Source: Thermotogota bacterium
GTDB lineage: Bacteria > Thermotogota > Thermotogae > Petrotogales > Petrotogaceae
Assembly: GCA_051748045.1 (NCBI GenBank)
Contig: JBNJGY010000002.1
Span: forward strand, 55,498 to 119,497
DNA: 64,000 nucleotides
Reading direction: 5' to 3'
The first letter of the stretch is position 1, and each line of letters opens with the position of its first letter. A program made the position numbers and the translations under genes. The notes below the pieces were generated by a model, which worked only from the letters and a program-made list of their open reading frames with translations, was not told where the DNA came from and ran no database searches. Positions 39,697-49,027 of this stretch are shown here, piece by piece.

Positions 39697-40493
39697 TGAA
39701 CTCAATAGAATATATAAATAAAATTAGAAGGGATTATAACATTCCTTCTAATTTTATTTTAAAAACAATTTCTAATTATTTGTCTAAAGATTTTTTAGAT
39801 ATAAAATATAATAAATATGATTTATTGGAAAAAGATGTTATTTTATTAAATAAAGTTTTAATAGATGATTTTCCAATTGAATATGCTATAAATAAAACAA
39901 ACTTTTTGGGTCATGAGTTTTATGTAGATGAAAATGTTTTAATTCCAAGAACAGAAACAGAAGATCTGGTTTTAATTTCTGAAAGAATAATTAAACAAAA
40001 AGAATTTAAAAATATTTTAGATTTAGCAACTGGTAGTGGAGTCATTGGGATATCATTAAAACTCAGAAACCCTAGCCTAAATGTTCATATTTCAGATATA
40101 TCACAAAAGGCATTAAAAGTAGCAATAAAGAATTTTCAAAAATATAATTTAATTATTAATCATTATAAAGCTAATATATTAGAAGGCTTAGAACATTTAA
40201 TTTATAAAATAGATTTTTTCGTTTGTAATCCACCATATGTAGAAAGAAAAAAAGAGTTTTTGAATTCTTCTATTAGATATGAGCCTGAAATAGCTCTTTA
40301 TGCTGGCGAAGAAGGTCAAGACTTTTTTAAAGAATTTGTAAAATTTAAAGATATACTAATTAACAAAACAATGATATTTGAAACAACTGAATTTAATTAT
40401 GAGAAAACTTCAAGAATTTTATCAGAATTGGGTAAAATAGAAATTATAAAAGATTCTTTTGGTAAAAATAGATTTATTTTAGTCAAAACTTAA
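39696..40493 (+). CDS. prmC: Release factor glutamine methyltransferase
   Basis: VLIPRTETE, DLATGSG, NPPY, YEPEIALYAG. Confidence 0.9.
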   Translation: MNSIEYINKIRRDYNIPSNFILKTISNYLSKDFLDIKYNKYDLLEKDVILLNKVLIDDFPIEYAINKTNFLGHEFYVDENVLIPRTETEDLVLISERIIKQKEFKNILDLATGSGVIGISLKLRNPSLNVHISDISQKALKVAIKNFQKYNLIINHYKANILEGLEHLIYKIDFFVCNPPYVERKKEFLNSSIRYEPEIALYAGEEGQDFFKEFVKFKDILINKTMIFETTEFNYEKTSRILSELGKIEIIKDSFGKNRFILVKT

Positions 40494-41779
40494 ATAGGTT
40501 TTTTTATATTGAAATGGTTATGATAATCAGGAGCAGGAGAAATAAATGATGCTATAAATCCTAATATTGGGAAAATCATCATCAAAAGCATAATTTGTGT
40601 ATATCCATTGAAAATATCAAAAGCAAACCCAAAAGGAAGAGGACCTAATGAAGAACCTATTACCATTGTAGTCATAGCTACTCCTCTTATACTACCCAAA
40701 TGCTTTCTTCCGAAATAATTAGGCCATAATACCCCTGTACTAACAGAATCAAAAGCCATAAATATTCCATGAGAAAGTGAATAAAATAATAAAATCATTT
40801 GAGATTCACTAAAAGTTATGATAATCATTGCTATTAATAAAAAAAGATAATTAAAAGCTTTCACGATATTTATTTTAAATTTATCTGATATATATCCTGC
40901 TAGAAAAGTGAAAGGGAATTGTATCATAGCAGCTAAACTCAAAAGAAAAGCAGCATATGTTGAACTGAATCCTTTTTCTTGTATAATTGAAACAATATGA
41001 AAAGTAATTCCTGTATTAATCATAGAAGGAATAATCATACAAAATAACATGAACCAAAAGACTCTTGTTTTCATAGATTCTTTCAAAGTCCAAGAGTGTT
41101 CATCTTTAAAATCATCAGTTTTTTTCTCTTTTAATTTTTTTAGTTTTTGTTTTGAATGCATATTATCTGGTAGATAACCAACATTTTCAGGTTTATTTCT
41201 GATTAAAAACCAACCTAATGGTGCCATTAATACTATTAACAATATACTCCAAAATCTCCAAGTAAAATTAGCTCCAGAAGTTAATATAAGTTGATTGTTT
41301 AGAGAAGGTATCAAAGCTGAACCAATTACTCCTCCTAAACCCATTAACGATAAAGCAAGTCCTCTTCTTTTAATAAACCATTGAGGTATTAATGTTTGAG
41401 GTAATAAGGTCATAGAACCTTGCCCAAATAATCTTAAAAAGAAAAATCCAATAACTAACATTATTGGATTAAAAACAAAACTCATCCATAAACTTGTTAA
41501 ACCTAATGCAGATGCTATAATTACCACCATAGTTCTATGCCCTTTTTTGTCTATCAATCTACCTATAAAAGGTAAAACAAATCCAGCAGCTAGTGTAGCT
41601 GAAGAATAAAACGTAGAAATTAGAGACCTGCTCCAACCAAACTTTTCAATATAATAGTTTATAAAAATAGATACGCTGAATGTTTGACCAGGACCTGAAA
41701 AAAACAATCCCATACCACCAATAAAAACAATAAACCATCCATAAAAAAATGGAGTTTTTAAAATAAACTTATTTTTCAT
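40490..41779 (-). CDS. MFS transporter
   Basis: About 12 TM; GRLIDKKGHR motif A; YFGRKHLGSIRG. Confidence 0.9.
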   Translation of the reverse strand: MKNKFILKTPFFYGWFIVFIGGMGLFFSGPGQTFSVSIFINYYIEKFGWSRSLISTFYSSATLAAGFVLPFIGRLIDKKGHRTMVVIIASALGLTSLWMSFVFNPIMLVIGFFFLRLFGQGSMTLLPQTLIPQWFIKRRGLALSLMGLGGVIGSALIPSLNNQLILTSGANFTWRFWSILLIVLMAPLGWFLIRNKPENVGYLPDNMHSKQKLKKLKEKKTDDFKDEHSWTLKESMKTRVFWFMLFCMIIPSMINTGITFHIVSIIQEKGFSSTYAAFLLSLAAMIQFPFTFLAGYISDKFKINIVKAFNYLFLLIAMIIITFSESQMILLFYSLSHGIFMAFDSVSTGVLWPNYFGRKHLGSIRGVAMTTMVIGSSLGPLPFGFAFDIFNGYTQIMLLMMIFPILGFIASFISPAPDYHNHFNIKKPI

Positions 41780-41800
41780 AAAAACCTCCCATAGCATATT

Positions 41801-41836
41801 AAAAAAATATTTACAGAATAAACTGTAAATATTTTT
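41801..41836 (-). terminator. AT-rich terminator-like hairpin
   Basis: AAAAATATTTACAG-aataaa-CTGTAAATATTTTT at the stop of the upstream gene. Confidence 0.6.
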
Positions 41837-42431
41837 ATTTGTTATATAAATTTTTAACTAGAATGACTTCTCCAATACCAATTTTCATATTTTTTGCTAT
41901 TTCATCTGGAGTTTTTCCTTGGTTCAACAGTCTTCTAATTTTTTCTGTTTTTGTTTCTTCTTTTTTTGAAAACAATTCTTGGGTCTCAGGGCTTTCTTGA
42001 TCAAGAATTTCCTCATTTTCATTTTTTGTGATATTTTCTTCTTCATCAATCTTTTCTATAAATTCTACTTTTTCAGGAATATTCTCTTTATTTTTTTTGT
42101 TATTTTTTGATACATTGTAATTTATGTTCATTTTTTGAATATTATTTATTTTATCTTCGATTGCATTTAGTTGTGAATAAGCGTTATCAATTGAACTTTC
42201 TAAATCATGTAAAACATCATCGGCAATTTTTATTTTATTATCAAGCAATCTCATTTTATCAGTAGTAATTTTTCTAAATTTAGTCATTATATTTGTAGTA
42301 TCTTCATCAATATTTAATAATTTCTCATCTTGTATATCGTTAGTTTTTTTTGCAATTTTAATCATATAAATTAGATTAATCAAACCAATAAAAATTGCTA
42401 AAATTGATATGATTATAAATGGCAAGGTCAT
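41835..42431 (-). CDS. Membrane-anchored coiled-coil protein with C-terminal HTH (DUF6115-like)
   Basis: N-terminal TM, coiled coil, GKTPDEIAKNMKIGIGEV. Confidence 0.7.
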   Translation of the reverse strand: MTLPFIIISILAIFIGLINLIYMIKIAKKTNDIQDEKLLNIDEDTTNIMTKFRKITTDKMRLLDNKIKIADDVLHDLESSIDNAYSQLNAIEDKINNIQKMNINYNVSKNNKKNKENIPEKVEFIEKIDEEENITKNENEEILDQESPETQELFSKKEETKTEKIRRLLNQGKTPDEIAKNMKIGIGEVILVKNLYNK

Positions 42432-42444
42432 TTTAAAATCCCCT

Positions 42445-43053
42445 TTAGTAAGTTATATCAAACACAATTCTTGGGAAGTCAATTTGTTCTTCTTGTTCAT
42501 AAATAACAAAATTTTCTCCTCGTTGAGATGGTTGAGGCACTATAGAACGTATTGTCCAATTTTCAGGATATTCAATAACAATACTATCTTTAACATTTAA
42601 AGGTTGACCAGGTAGAGAAAATTCTATTGTAGAACTATTTAATCTTTCAGTGAATCCCATAACTGTAACGGTTTCTTCTATAGATAAATTTGGATTTGCA
42701 GTTGACATAGTGGACTCATAAGATATGACTTCAAATTCTCTATTTACATTTTGCATTATTTCAGAAAAATTATCTACATATGCTTCCTCTTTTTCTTGAT
42801 CAGGAGTGTTAAAGTTATCAATTAATTTATCAAAAGAATTTTCATCTTCTGCTTTCATAGTTATGTTTGTATTAATAGCTACAGATTGATCATCGTTAAT
42901 TTGGAATATCGTGTTTGAGCTTTGAATATCATATTTAGCTCTTAAAGAATTTGCCATAAAGAATTGAAATATCGTCAATCCTCCTAAAAATATCAGTGTG
43001 ATAAGAATAAAATTTGAATTAGTTTTTCTTTTTGGTCCTTTGTTTTCTGGCAT
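42445..43053 (-). CDS. Hypothetical membrane-anchored protein (DUF4897-like)
   Basis: One TM, beta-rich extracytoplasmic domain (IEYPENWTIRSIVPQP); ATG 43053 after GAGGAGG. Confidence 0.55.
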   Translation of the reverse strand: MPENKGPKRKTNSNFILITLIFLGGLTIFQFFMANSLRAKYDIQSSNTIFQINDDQSVAINTNITMKAEDENSFDKLIDNFNTPDQEKEEAYVDNFSEIMQNVNREFEVISYESTMSTANPNLSIEETVTVMGFTERLNSSTIEFSLPGQPLNVKDSIVIEYPENWTIRSIVPQPSQRGENFVIYEQEEQIDFPRIVFDITY

Positions 43054-43172
43054 TAAAATCCTCCTCAAAATTATGATTATATTAATTCTATGATATTATA
43101 CCATATAAGATAAAAAATGTGATAGAATATTCATTGATAGCAGTTTACAATATTTCGTATAGGGGGATTCGT

Positions 43173-43838
43173 ATGGAAATACAAGAAAATTCAATGATGA
43201 TATCATTTGACCTGTTTTCCGGGCCATTTGAAAAGCTTGTTGAACTCATAAAAGAAAAGGAAATTCCCATAAGGAGTATACCACTAGCAAATATATGTAA
43301 AATATTCAATAAATATATGCATGAAAATTTAGAAAAACTTAATAATATTTCTGAATACATGCATTTATCAGGCTATCTAACTTATTTAAAGTCAAAAGAT
43401 CTTTTACCTAACTCAGATAAAAGTCAAAAGTTTAAAAGAGAGAAAAATATGTTTTACTCTTTAGTAGAAGATTTTGATCTTATTAAAAAGACTAAAAAAA
43501 TTATAAAAAATGATTTTGGCACACCTTCAAAAAAATATGTTAGGATAAAAAATCATGCTGATTTTAATAAAGAAAAAGTTCAAGACCAACTAGATATTTT
43601 TTTGAAAGATTTTATAAATGAACATAAAACTTTGGAAATTATAAAAGAATTATATTCTGTAGAAGAAGCTATGCAGAGGATTAATGAAGAAAAACAATTC
43701 GATTTATTAAAACTGTATACAATTTCTCAAAAGAATAAATTAAAATTTATAGTTATGTTTTTAGCCGCGTTAACTTTAGTTAGAAATGATATGTATGTAT
43801 ATGAGAATGGTTATTTTATAAGGAATGTGGAGGAATAA
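43173..43838 (+). CDS. scpA: Segregation/condensation protein A
   Basis: FSGPFEKLVELI, YLKSKDLLP, IVMFLAALTL; adjacent to scpB-rluB. Confidence 0.85.
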   Translation: MEIQENSMMISFDLFSGPFEKLVELIKEKEIPIRSIPLANICKIFNKYMHENLEKLNNISEYMHLSGYLTYLKSKDLLPNSDKSQKFKREKNMFYSLVEDFDLIKKTKKIIKNDFGTPSKKYVRIKNHADFNKEKVQDQLDIFLKDFINEHKTLEIIKELYSVEEAMQRINEEKQFDLLKLYTISQKNKLKFIVMFLAALTLVRNDMYVYENGYFIRNVEE

Positions 43839-43840
43839 AG

Positions 43841-44386
43841 ATGGATATGAAATTTCAAATTGTTGAAGCTTTAATTCTTTCTAAAAATAATGGAATTAGT
43901 TTGAATGAAATAATAAAAAGAACAAATTATGAAGAAGATGAAATAAAAAAAATAATCAATGAGATTCAACTACATTATATAAATGAAGAACACGGAATTG
44001 AATTAGGGAGATTTCAAAATAAATTTAGATTTGAAATAAAAACCGAAATAAAAAAACTAATTACTGCAAAACCTAAAAAAATGGAATTAACAGATACTCA
44101 ATTTGAAGTATTGACTATTTTATTTTTAAATGGAGCGTCAAGAGGAGTTGAAATAGAAAAATCAAGAGGAAAGAACTCATATTCTCAAATAAAAAAACTT
44201 AGAGAATACGGATTAGTTAAAAAAGTAAAAAGAAAAAATACTCAGAATAGCTATTTGTATGATTTATCCGATAAATTTTATGAATGGATACCTGAAACAA
44301 CTTTGAAGAAATTGGAGGAAATTAAGAATGCTAACAGTACAGAAAGCACTACAGACATTGGGGATGAGCAGAAGGAAAGCAGCTGA
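43841..44386 (+). CDS. scpB: Segregation/condensation protein B
   Basis: VEALIL, EVLTI, IEKSRG, winged-helix pattern; synteny. Confidence 0.82.
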   Translation: MDMKFQIVEALILSKNNGISLNEIIKRTNYEEDEIKKIINEIQLHYINEEHGIELGRFQNKFRFEIKTEIKKLITAKPKKMELTDTQFEVLTILFLNGASRGVEIEKSRGKNSYSQIKKLREYGLVKKVKRKNTQNSYLYDLSDKFYEWIPETTLKKLEEIKNANSTESTTDIGDEQKESS

Positions 44387-45068
44387 TTATATAAAAGATA
44401 AAGGTGTAAAAGTAAATGGAAAACTTGTAAAAGAACCTTGGTTTGAAATAGAATATGGTGATGATTTAGAATTTGATGGGCTAAAACATAAATTTGAAAA
44501 AATAAAAGAAAAAAAAGAAGATAAGGTTTATTATTTGTTGAATAAACCAAAAGAAGTTTTGTGTGCTATGGAAGATCCATTTGGGAGAAAAACAATAAAA
44601 GATATGATAAAAAATAAAATTCGAGAAAAAAATGTTTTTCATGTTGGAAGACTTGACTATAATACATCAGGGATAATATTATTGACAAATGATGGTGATT
44701 TAGCAAATTACTTGCTTCATCCAAAATACAAAGTTGAGAAAATATACGATGTATTAGTAATGGGACATCCAAAAAAAGAAGAGTTAAAACAATTAGAAAG
44801 TGGCATTGAAATAGAAGGTGGAGTTAAAACTCAACCAGCAAAAATAGAAAAAGTAAAGAAAAAAGGTAATAATCATCAAGTTGTCATTAAAATTACTGAA
44901 GGTAGAAAAAGACAAGTAAGACTTATGTTTAAAGCTTTAGGATATACTGTTCTGAACTTAAAAAGATTGGCTTTTGGCCCATGGGAAATAAAAAGAGTGC
45001 CCAAAGAAGGAGATATTGTAAAATTAGATAATTTTGAAGTAAATAAACTTTTTAAAAAATTAAAATAA
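44328..45068 (+). CDS. rluB: rRNA pseudouridine synthase (RluB/RsuA family)
   Basis: S4 domain, NKP, VGRLDYNTSG, EGRKRQVR. Confidence 0.88.
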   Translation: MLTVQKALQTLGMSRRKAADYIKDKGVKVNGKLVKEPWFEIEYGDDLEFDGLKHKFEKIKEKKEDKVYYLLNKPKEVLCAMEDPFGRKTIKDMIKNKIREKNVFHVGRLDYNTSGIILLTNDGDLANYLLHPKYKVEKIYDVLVMGHPKKEELKQLESGIEIEGGVKTQPAKIEKVKKKGNNHQVVIKITEGRKRQVRLMFKALGYTVLNLKRLAFGPWEIKRVPKEGDIVKLDNFEVNKLFKKLK

Positions 45069-45139
45069 AAAAAGGGGCGATTTTACTCGCCCCAGGTGGA
45101 TGGGCCGAAAATATTTTCATATTTTCGGGGGGATGGGTA
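45067..45139 (-). ncRNA. Candidate small regulatory RNA (~73 nt)
   Basis: GC-rich island with own promoter, 10-bp hairpin with GAAA loop, two CCCAUCC motifs and GGGGCGA/TCGCCCC-U7 terminator. Confidence 0.65.
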
Positions 45140-45144
45140 CTTTT

Positions 45145-45173
45145 ATTATAACTCACAATTATTAAATAATCAA
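45145..45173 (-). promoter_or_regulatory. Sigma70 promoter of the candidate sRNA
   Basis: TTGATT-17 bp-TATAAT. Confidence 0.7.
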
Positions 45174-45228
45174 CAATTTTTATTTAATAAAAGTTTCAAA
45201 ATAACGTTTAATGTTAAGGAGACTTAGT

Positions 45229-45987
45229 ATGTTTAAAGATGCAGAAAGAATAGTAAAAAACGCAGGAACTATACTAATTGATAATTTGAACAAAAATTAT
45301 AATACTTATTCAAAAAAAAATAAGCATGACATAGTTACAGAAATAGATATGAAAATACAAGATTATTTAAAAGAGAATTTATCAAAATTAGATTCTACCT
45401 CAGGATTTTTAGCAGAAGAAAGAGGGCTAACAGATAAGCCTAAAGAAAAAAACTATTGGGCTATAGACCCTATAGATGGAACTGTAAATTTTTCAAGAGG
45501 ATTTCCTGAAAATTGTATTTCTGTTGCTTATTTACAAGATAATATTCCTGTTTTTGGGATGATTTATTCACCTCAAATGTCTATTAGTTTTACATGTTCA
45601 AAAAATAATGGTCTTTTCATAAATGGGAAAAAACAAATACCGAAATGGTCTGAAACTATAAACGACGCGATGATTACTATAGGCGCTAATAAGAAAGAAA
45701 TGAACAAATTTATAAACGTTTTATCTGAAAAAGTCATGCGTATTAGATTAATTGGATCCGCTGCAATTATGGGAGCTTATGTAGCTTCTGGTTATGCTGA
45801 TGCCTTTATTTTTTCCAAATCAAACCCTTGGGATATAGCTGCTGCTTATAGTATGATAAAAGAAACAGGTGGAGAGGTTATTGATTTTCAAGGAAATGAT
45901 GTTGATATTTTTTCAAAAAGAATAATTTTTACCTCAAAATATATTAAAAAAGATATCTTACAATTACTAAAAAACATGGAGGAGTGA
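45229..45987 (+). CDS. suhB: Inositol monophosphatase family protein
   Basis: WAIDPIDGTVNF, PWDIAAA, GG. Confidence 0.88.
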   Translation: MFKDAERIVKNAGTILIDNLNKNYNTYSKKNKHDIVTEIDMKIQDYLKENLSKLDSTSGFLAEERGLTDKPKEKNYWAIDPIDGTVNFSRGFPENCISVAYLQDNIPVFGMIYSPQMSISFTCSKNNGLFINGKKQIPKWSETINDAMITIGANKKEMNKFINVLSEKVMRIRLIGSAAIMGAYVASGYADAFIFSKSNPWDIAAAYSMIKETGGEVIDFQGNDVDIFSKRIIFTSKYIKKDILQLLKNMEE

Positions 45988-45991
45988 TTAA

Positions 45992-47065
45992 ATGAAAGCA
46001 ATTGTTTTATGTGCAGGGAAAGGAACTAGATTAAGACCTTTAACTTTTACTAATGCAAAACCTTTAATACCAATAGCAAACAAACCAACAATAATGTATT
46101 CTTTAGAAAAAATTAAATCCGCTGGAATTACAGAAATTGGTATTATCGTTAACCCAGATAATAAAAAAGACTTCGAAAATGTTCTTGGTAATGGAAATGA
46201 CGTAGGAATGGAAATCACTTATATTGTACAAGAAAATCCAAAAGGACTTGCACATGCTGTAGCAATTTCTGAGGAATTTATAGGTGGCGATGATTTTCTA
46301 ATGTATCTAGGAGATAATTTAGTTAATGCTGATTTAGAAGGTTTTATCCATGAGTTTAAAAACCAAAAACATGATTCTTTTGTTTTATTAACCCCTGTTG
46401 AAGATCCAACTAGATTTGGAATCGCAGTGATGGATGATTCTAAAATTGTAAATGTTGTAGAAAAACCAAAAGATCCTCCATCAAATCTAGCTATTATAGG
46501 CGTTTATATATTTAATTCAAATGTGTTCGAAGCAATTAAAAATATAAAACCTTCTTGGCGTGGAGAATTAGAAATAACTGATGCAATTCAATGGTTAATT
46601 TCAAATAATAAGAATGTTGGTGCGCATGTAATATATGGATGGTGGAAAGATACAGGAAAACCGGAAGATTTAATTGAAGCAAATAGAACGATATTAGAGA
46701 AAATCAAATCCAAGTCAATTGAAGGAAACGTTTATGAAAATTCAACTGTAAGAGGTAATGTAGTTATAGGTAAAGGGTCAAAAATAATTGATTCTATTAT
46801 TAGAGGTCCTGCTATAATAGGAGAAAATACGACTATATCAAATGCTTATATAGGACCTTATACTTCCATAGGTAAAGAAGTTAATATTGAAGATTCCGAA
46901 ATTGAAAATTCCATAATTTTAGATAGAGCTTCAATCACTTCTATTCATCCAAGAATAGACTATTCCATTATAGGTACTAATGCTAATATAATGTCAATGA
47001 AGAAAAAACCTAAGTCTATGAGGCTTGTTATAGGAGATTATGGAAAAATTGAAATCCCAAAATGA
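45992..47065 (+). CDS. Glucose-1-phosphate thymidylyltransferase, long form with C-terminal beta-helix
   Basis: AGKGTRLRPLT, LGDN, EKP, RGELEITDA, WWKDTG, hexapeptide repeats. Confidence 0.9.
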   Translation: MKAIVLCAGKGTRLRPLTFTNAKPLIPIANKPTIMYSLEKIKSAGITEIGIIVNPDNKKDFENVLGNGNDVGMEITYIVQENPKGLAHAVAISEEFIGGDDFLMYLGDNLVNADLEGFIHEFKNQKHDSFVLLTPVEDPTRFGIAVMDDSKIVNVVEKPKDPPSNLAIIGVYIFNSNVFEAIKNIKPSWRGELEITDAIQWLISNNKNVGAHVIYGWWKDTGKPEDLIEANRTILEKIKSKSIEGNVYENSTVRGNVVIGKGSKIIDSIIRGPAIIGENTTISNAYIGPYTSIGKEVNIEDSEIENSIILDRASITSIHPRIDYSIIGTNANIMSMKKKPKSMRLVIGDYGKIEIPK

Positions 47066-47075
47066 GGTGATTTTC

Positions 47076-48671
47076 ATGAATGATATCAAAAATCTTTGGG
47101 AAAAAATTTATGGTAAGAATGAATATGAAAAATTGAATGATTTGATAAAATTAATAGAAAATAAAAAAAACAAAATTAAATACGTACCTAAAGATAAAAA
47201 TTGGCTTGAAAAGGGGATAATATACTCACTTTATGTAGACCATTTTGCAAAAAATTTTAAAGGTATGAAAGATAAAATTTATTATTTAAAAGATTTAGGT
47301 GTTAAAACAATTTGGCTACTTCCAATTTTAGAATCACCTATGCAGGATCAGGGTTTTGATATTTCTGATTATTATAAAGTAAGATCTGATTTGGGAACAA
47401 ATGAAGAATTTTATGATTTGATTAATGAAATTCATAAAAATGGAATGAAGATAATATTTGATGTAGCAGTTAACCACACATCGGTTGAACATGAATATTT
47501 TAAAAATTCAAGAGAATCAAAAAATAATCCTTATAGAAATTGGTATATTTGGAATAAAGACAGGAACAAATACGACTCTACTAGAATACTCTTTAAAGGT
47601 ATGATGGAGAGTAATTGGGAATACGATGAAAAAACTGGAGAGTACTACTTTCATAGGTTTTATGATATTCAACCTGATTTAAATTATAAGAATCCAGAAG
47701 TTTTAATAGAAATGATAAATATTCTCTCTTTTTGGAAAATGAAAGGTGTAGATGGATTTAGAATGGATGCAGCTCCATTTTTATGGAAAGAAGAAGGAAC
47801 TAGTTCAGAAAATCTTGAAAAAACACATCTTATTTTAAAAATTTTTAGAAAAGTTTTAGATTATATTGGTGAAGGCACAGTTTTAATCGCTGAAGCAAAT
47901 CAACCTCCAAAAGAAGTGGTTGAATACTTTGGTAAAGGAGATGAATGCCACGCAGCTTATCATTTCCCATTAATGCCTAAGGTTTATTTATCTATATCAG
48001 AAAAAAAACCAGAATATATAATGGAAGCTATATCAGAAAAAAATACTCCAAGGATTCCAGAAGGAACTCAATGGTTGGTATTTCTTAGATGTCATGATGA
48101 ATTAACTCTAGAATTTGTAAAAGAAGAAGAAAGAGAGAAAATGCTAAAATATTATTTACATGATAAAAGGTGGATTTTCAGAGAAGGAGAAGGAATTTCT
48201 GGAAGATTGATGAATCTTTTTGAATTTGATATAAGAAAAATATTGTTAGCTTATTCAGCTATGTTTTCATTAAAAGGAACATTCATCAATTATTTTGGTG
48301 ATGAATTTGGAATGACTAATAATGATGATTATTATAAAAGGATGAAAGAAATAACAGGTTATACTGATTCAAGATACTTCAATAGAGGTCCTTTTGATTG
48401 GATACTTCTAGAAAAAGCTAAAAAAGATGAAAATTCAAGAAATCATAAACTTTATAAAAATATTAAAGCCATGATTAAATCTAAAAATGAAAATGAGAAT
48501 CTATTTAATCAAAATATGCATTTAATAATAGAAGATAATGTTCTTATTTCTAAAAGAAAAACAGATAAGAAAGAAATTACTATATATAATAATTTTGATG
48601 ATAAAGAAAAAAATATAGATAATTTACATTTAGACCCATATGAGTACAGATGGATAATCAAGGAGGTATAA
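47076..48671 (+). CDS. GH13 trehalose synthase (TreS)-like alpha-glucosyltransferase
   Basis: VNHTS, QPDLN, GFRMDAAPFLWKEEGT, AEANQ, FLRCHDELTLE. Confidence 0.8.
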   Translation: MNDIKNLWEKIYGKNEYEKLNDLIKLIENKKNKIKYVPKDKNWLEKGIIYSLYVDHFAKNFKGMKDKIYYLKDLGVKTIWLLPILESPMQDQGFDISDYYKVRSDLGTNEEFYDLINEIHKNGMKIIFDVAVNHTSVEHEYFKNSRESKNNPYRNWYIWNKDRNKYDSTRILFKGMMESNWEYDEKTGEYYFHRFYDIQPDLNYKNPEVLIEMINILSFWKMKGVDGFRMDAAPFLWKEEGTSSENLEKTHLILKIFRKVLDYIGEGTVLIAEANQPPKEVVEYFGKGDECHAAYHFPLMPKVYLSISEKKPEYIMEAISEKNTPRIPEGTQWLVFLRCHDELTLEFVKEEEREKMLKYYLHDKRWIFREGEGISGRLMNLFEFDIRKILLAYSAMFSLKGTFINYFGDEFGMTNNDDYYKRMKEITGYTDSRYFNRGPFDWILLEKAKKDENSRNHKLYKNIKAMIKSKNENENLFNQNMHLIIEDNVLISKRKTDKKEITIYNNFDDKEKNIDNLHLDPYEYRWIIKEV

Positions 48672-48672
48672 A

Positions 48673-48996
48673 ATGCCATATATAAATATGAAAGGTATGA
48701 AAGAAGATAAAGAGATTACAGCAAAAATTATAAATAAGATAAGCGAATTAACTGATAAGCCAAAAAAATATATTATGTTTTCAAATGAAGAATTAAAAGT
48801 TCAATTCAATGATAAACCAGGTTTTATTTTTGAATATAAACAAATTGGGGAATTAGAATATGATAAAAAAATAGAAATCATCAATGAGGTTACAAAAATA
48901 TTAGTAGAGAAAAACTTAAAACCTGAAGATATATATTTTACTTTTGATTTTTATTCGAGAGAAAATTGGGGTTGGAATAATAAGTTATTTGGATAA
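48673..48996 (+). CDS. MIF/tautomerase superfamily protein
   Basis: Pro at position 2, KPKKYIM, C-terminal NWGWN. Confidence 0.7.
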   Translation: MPYINMKGMKEDKEITAKIINKISELTDKPKKYIMFSNEELKVQFNDKPGFIFEYKQIGELEYDKKIEIINEVTKILVEKNLKPEDIYFTFDFYSRENWGWNNKLFG

Positions 48997-49027
48997 AAAA
49001 TGAAGCTTTTTAAAGCTTCATTTTTTT
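48995..49027. terminator. Bidirectional terminator
   Basis: AAAAAATGAAGCTTT-tt-AAAGCTTCATTTTTTT between convergent genes. Confidence 0.88.

Noticed and set aside
45094-45137. Plus-strand CsrA-binding RNA (GGAUGGG twice)
   Set aside because: Promoter, GNRA loop and U-tract all point to the minus strand, and only two GGA motifs are present, neither in a hairpin loop
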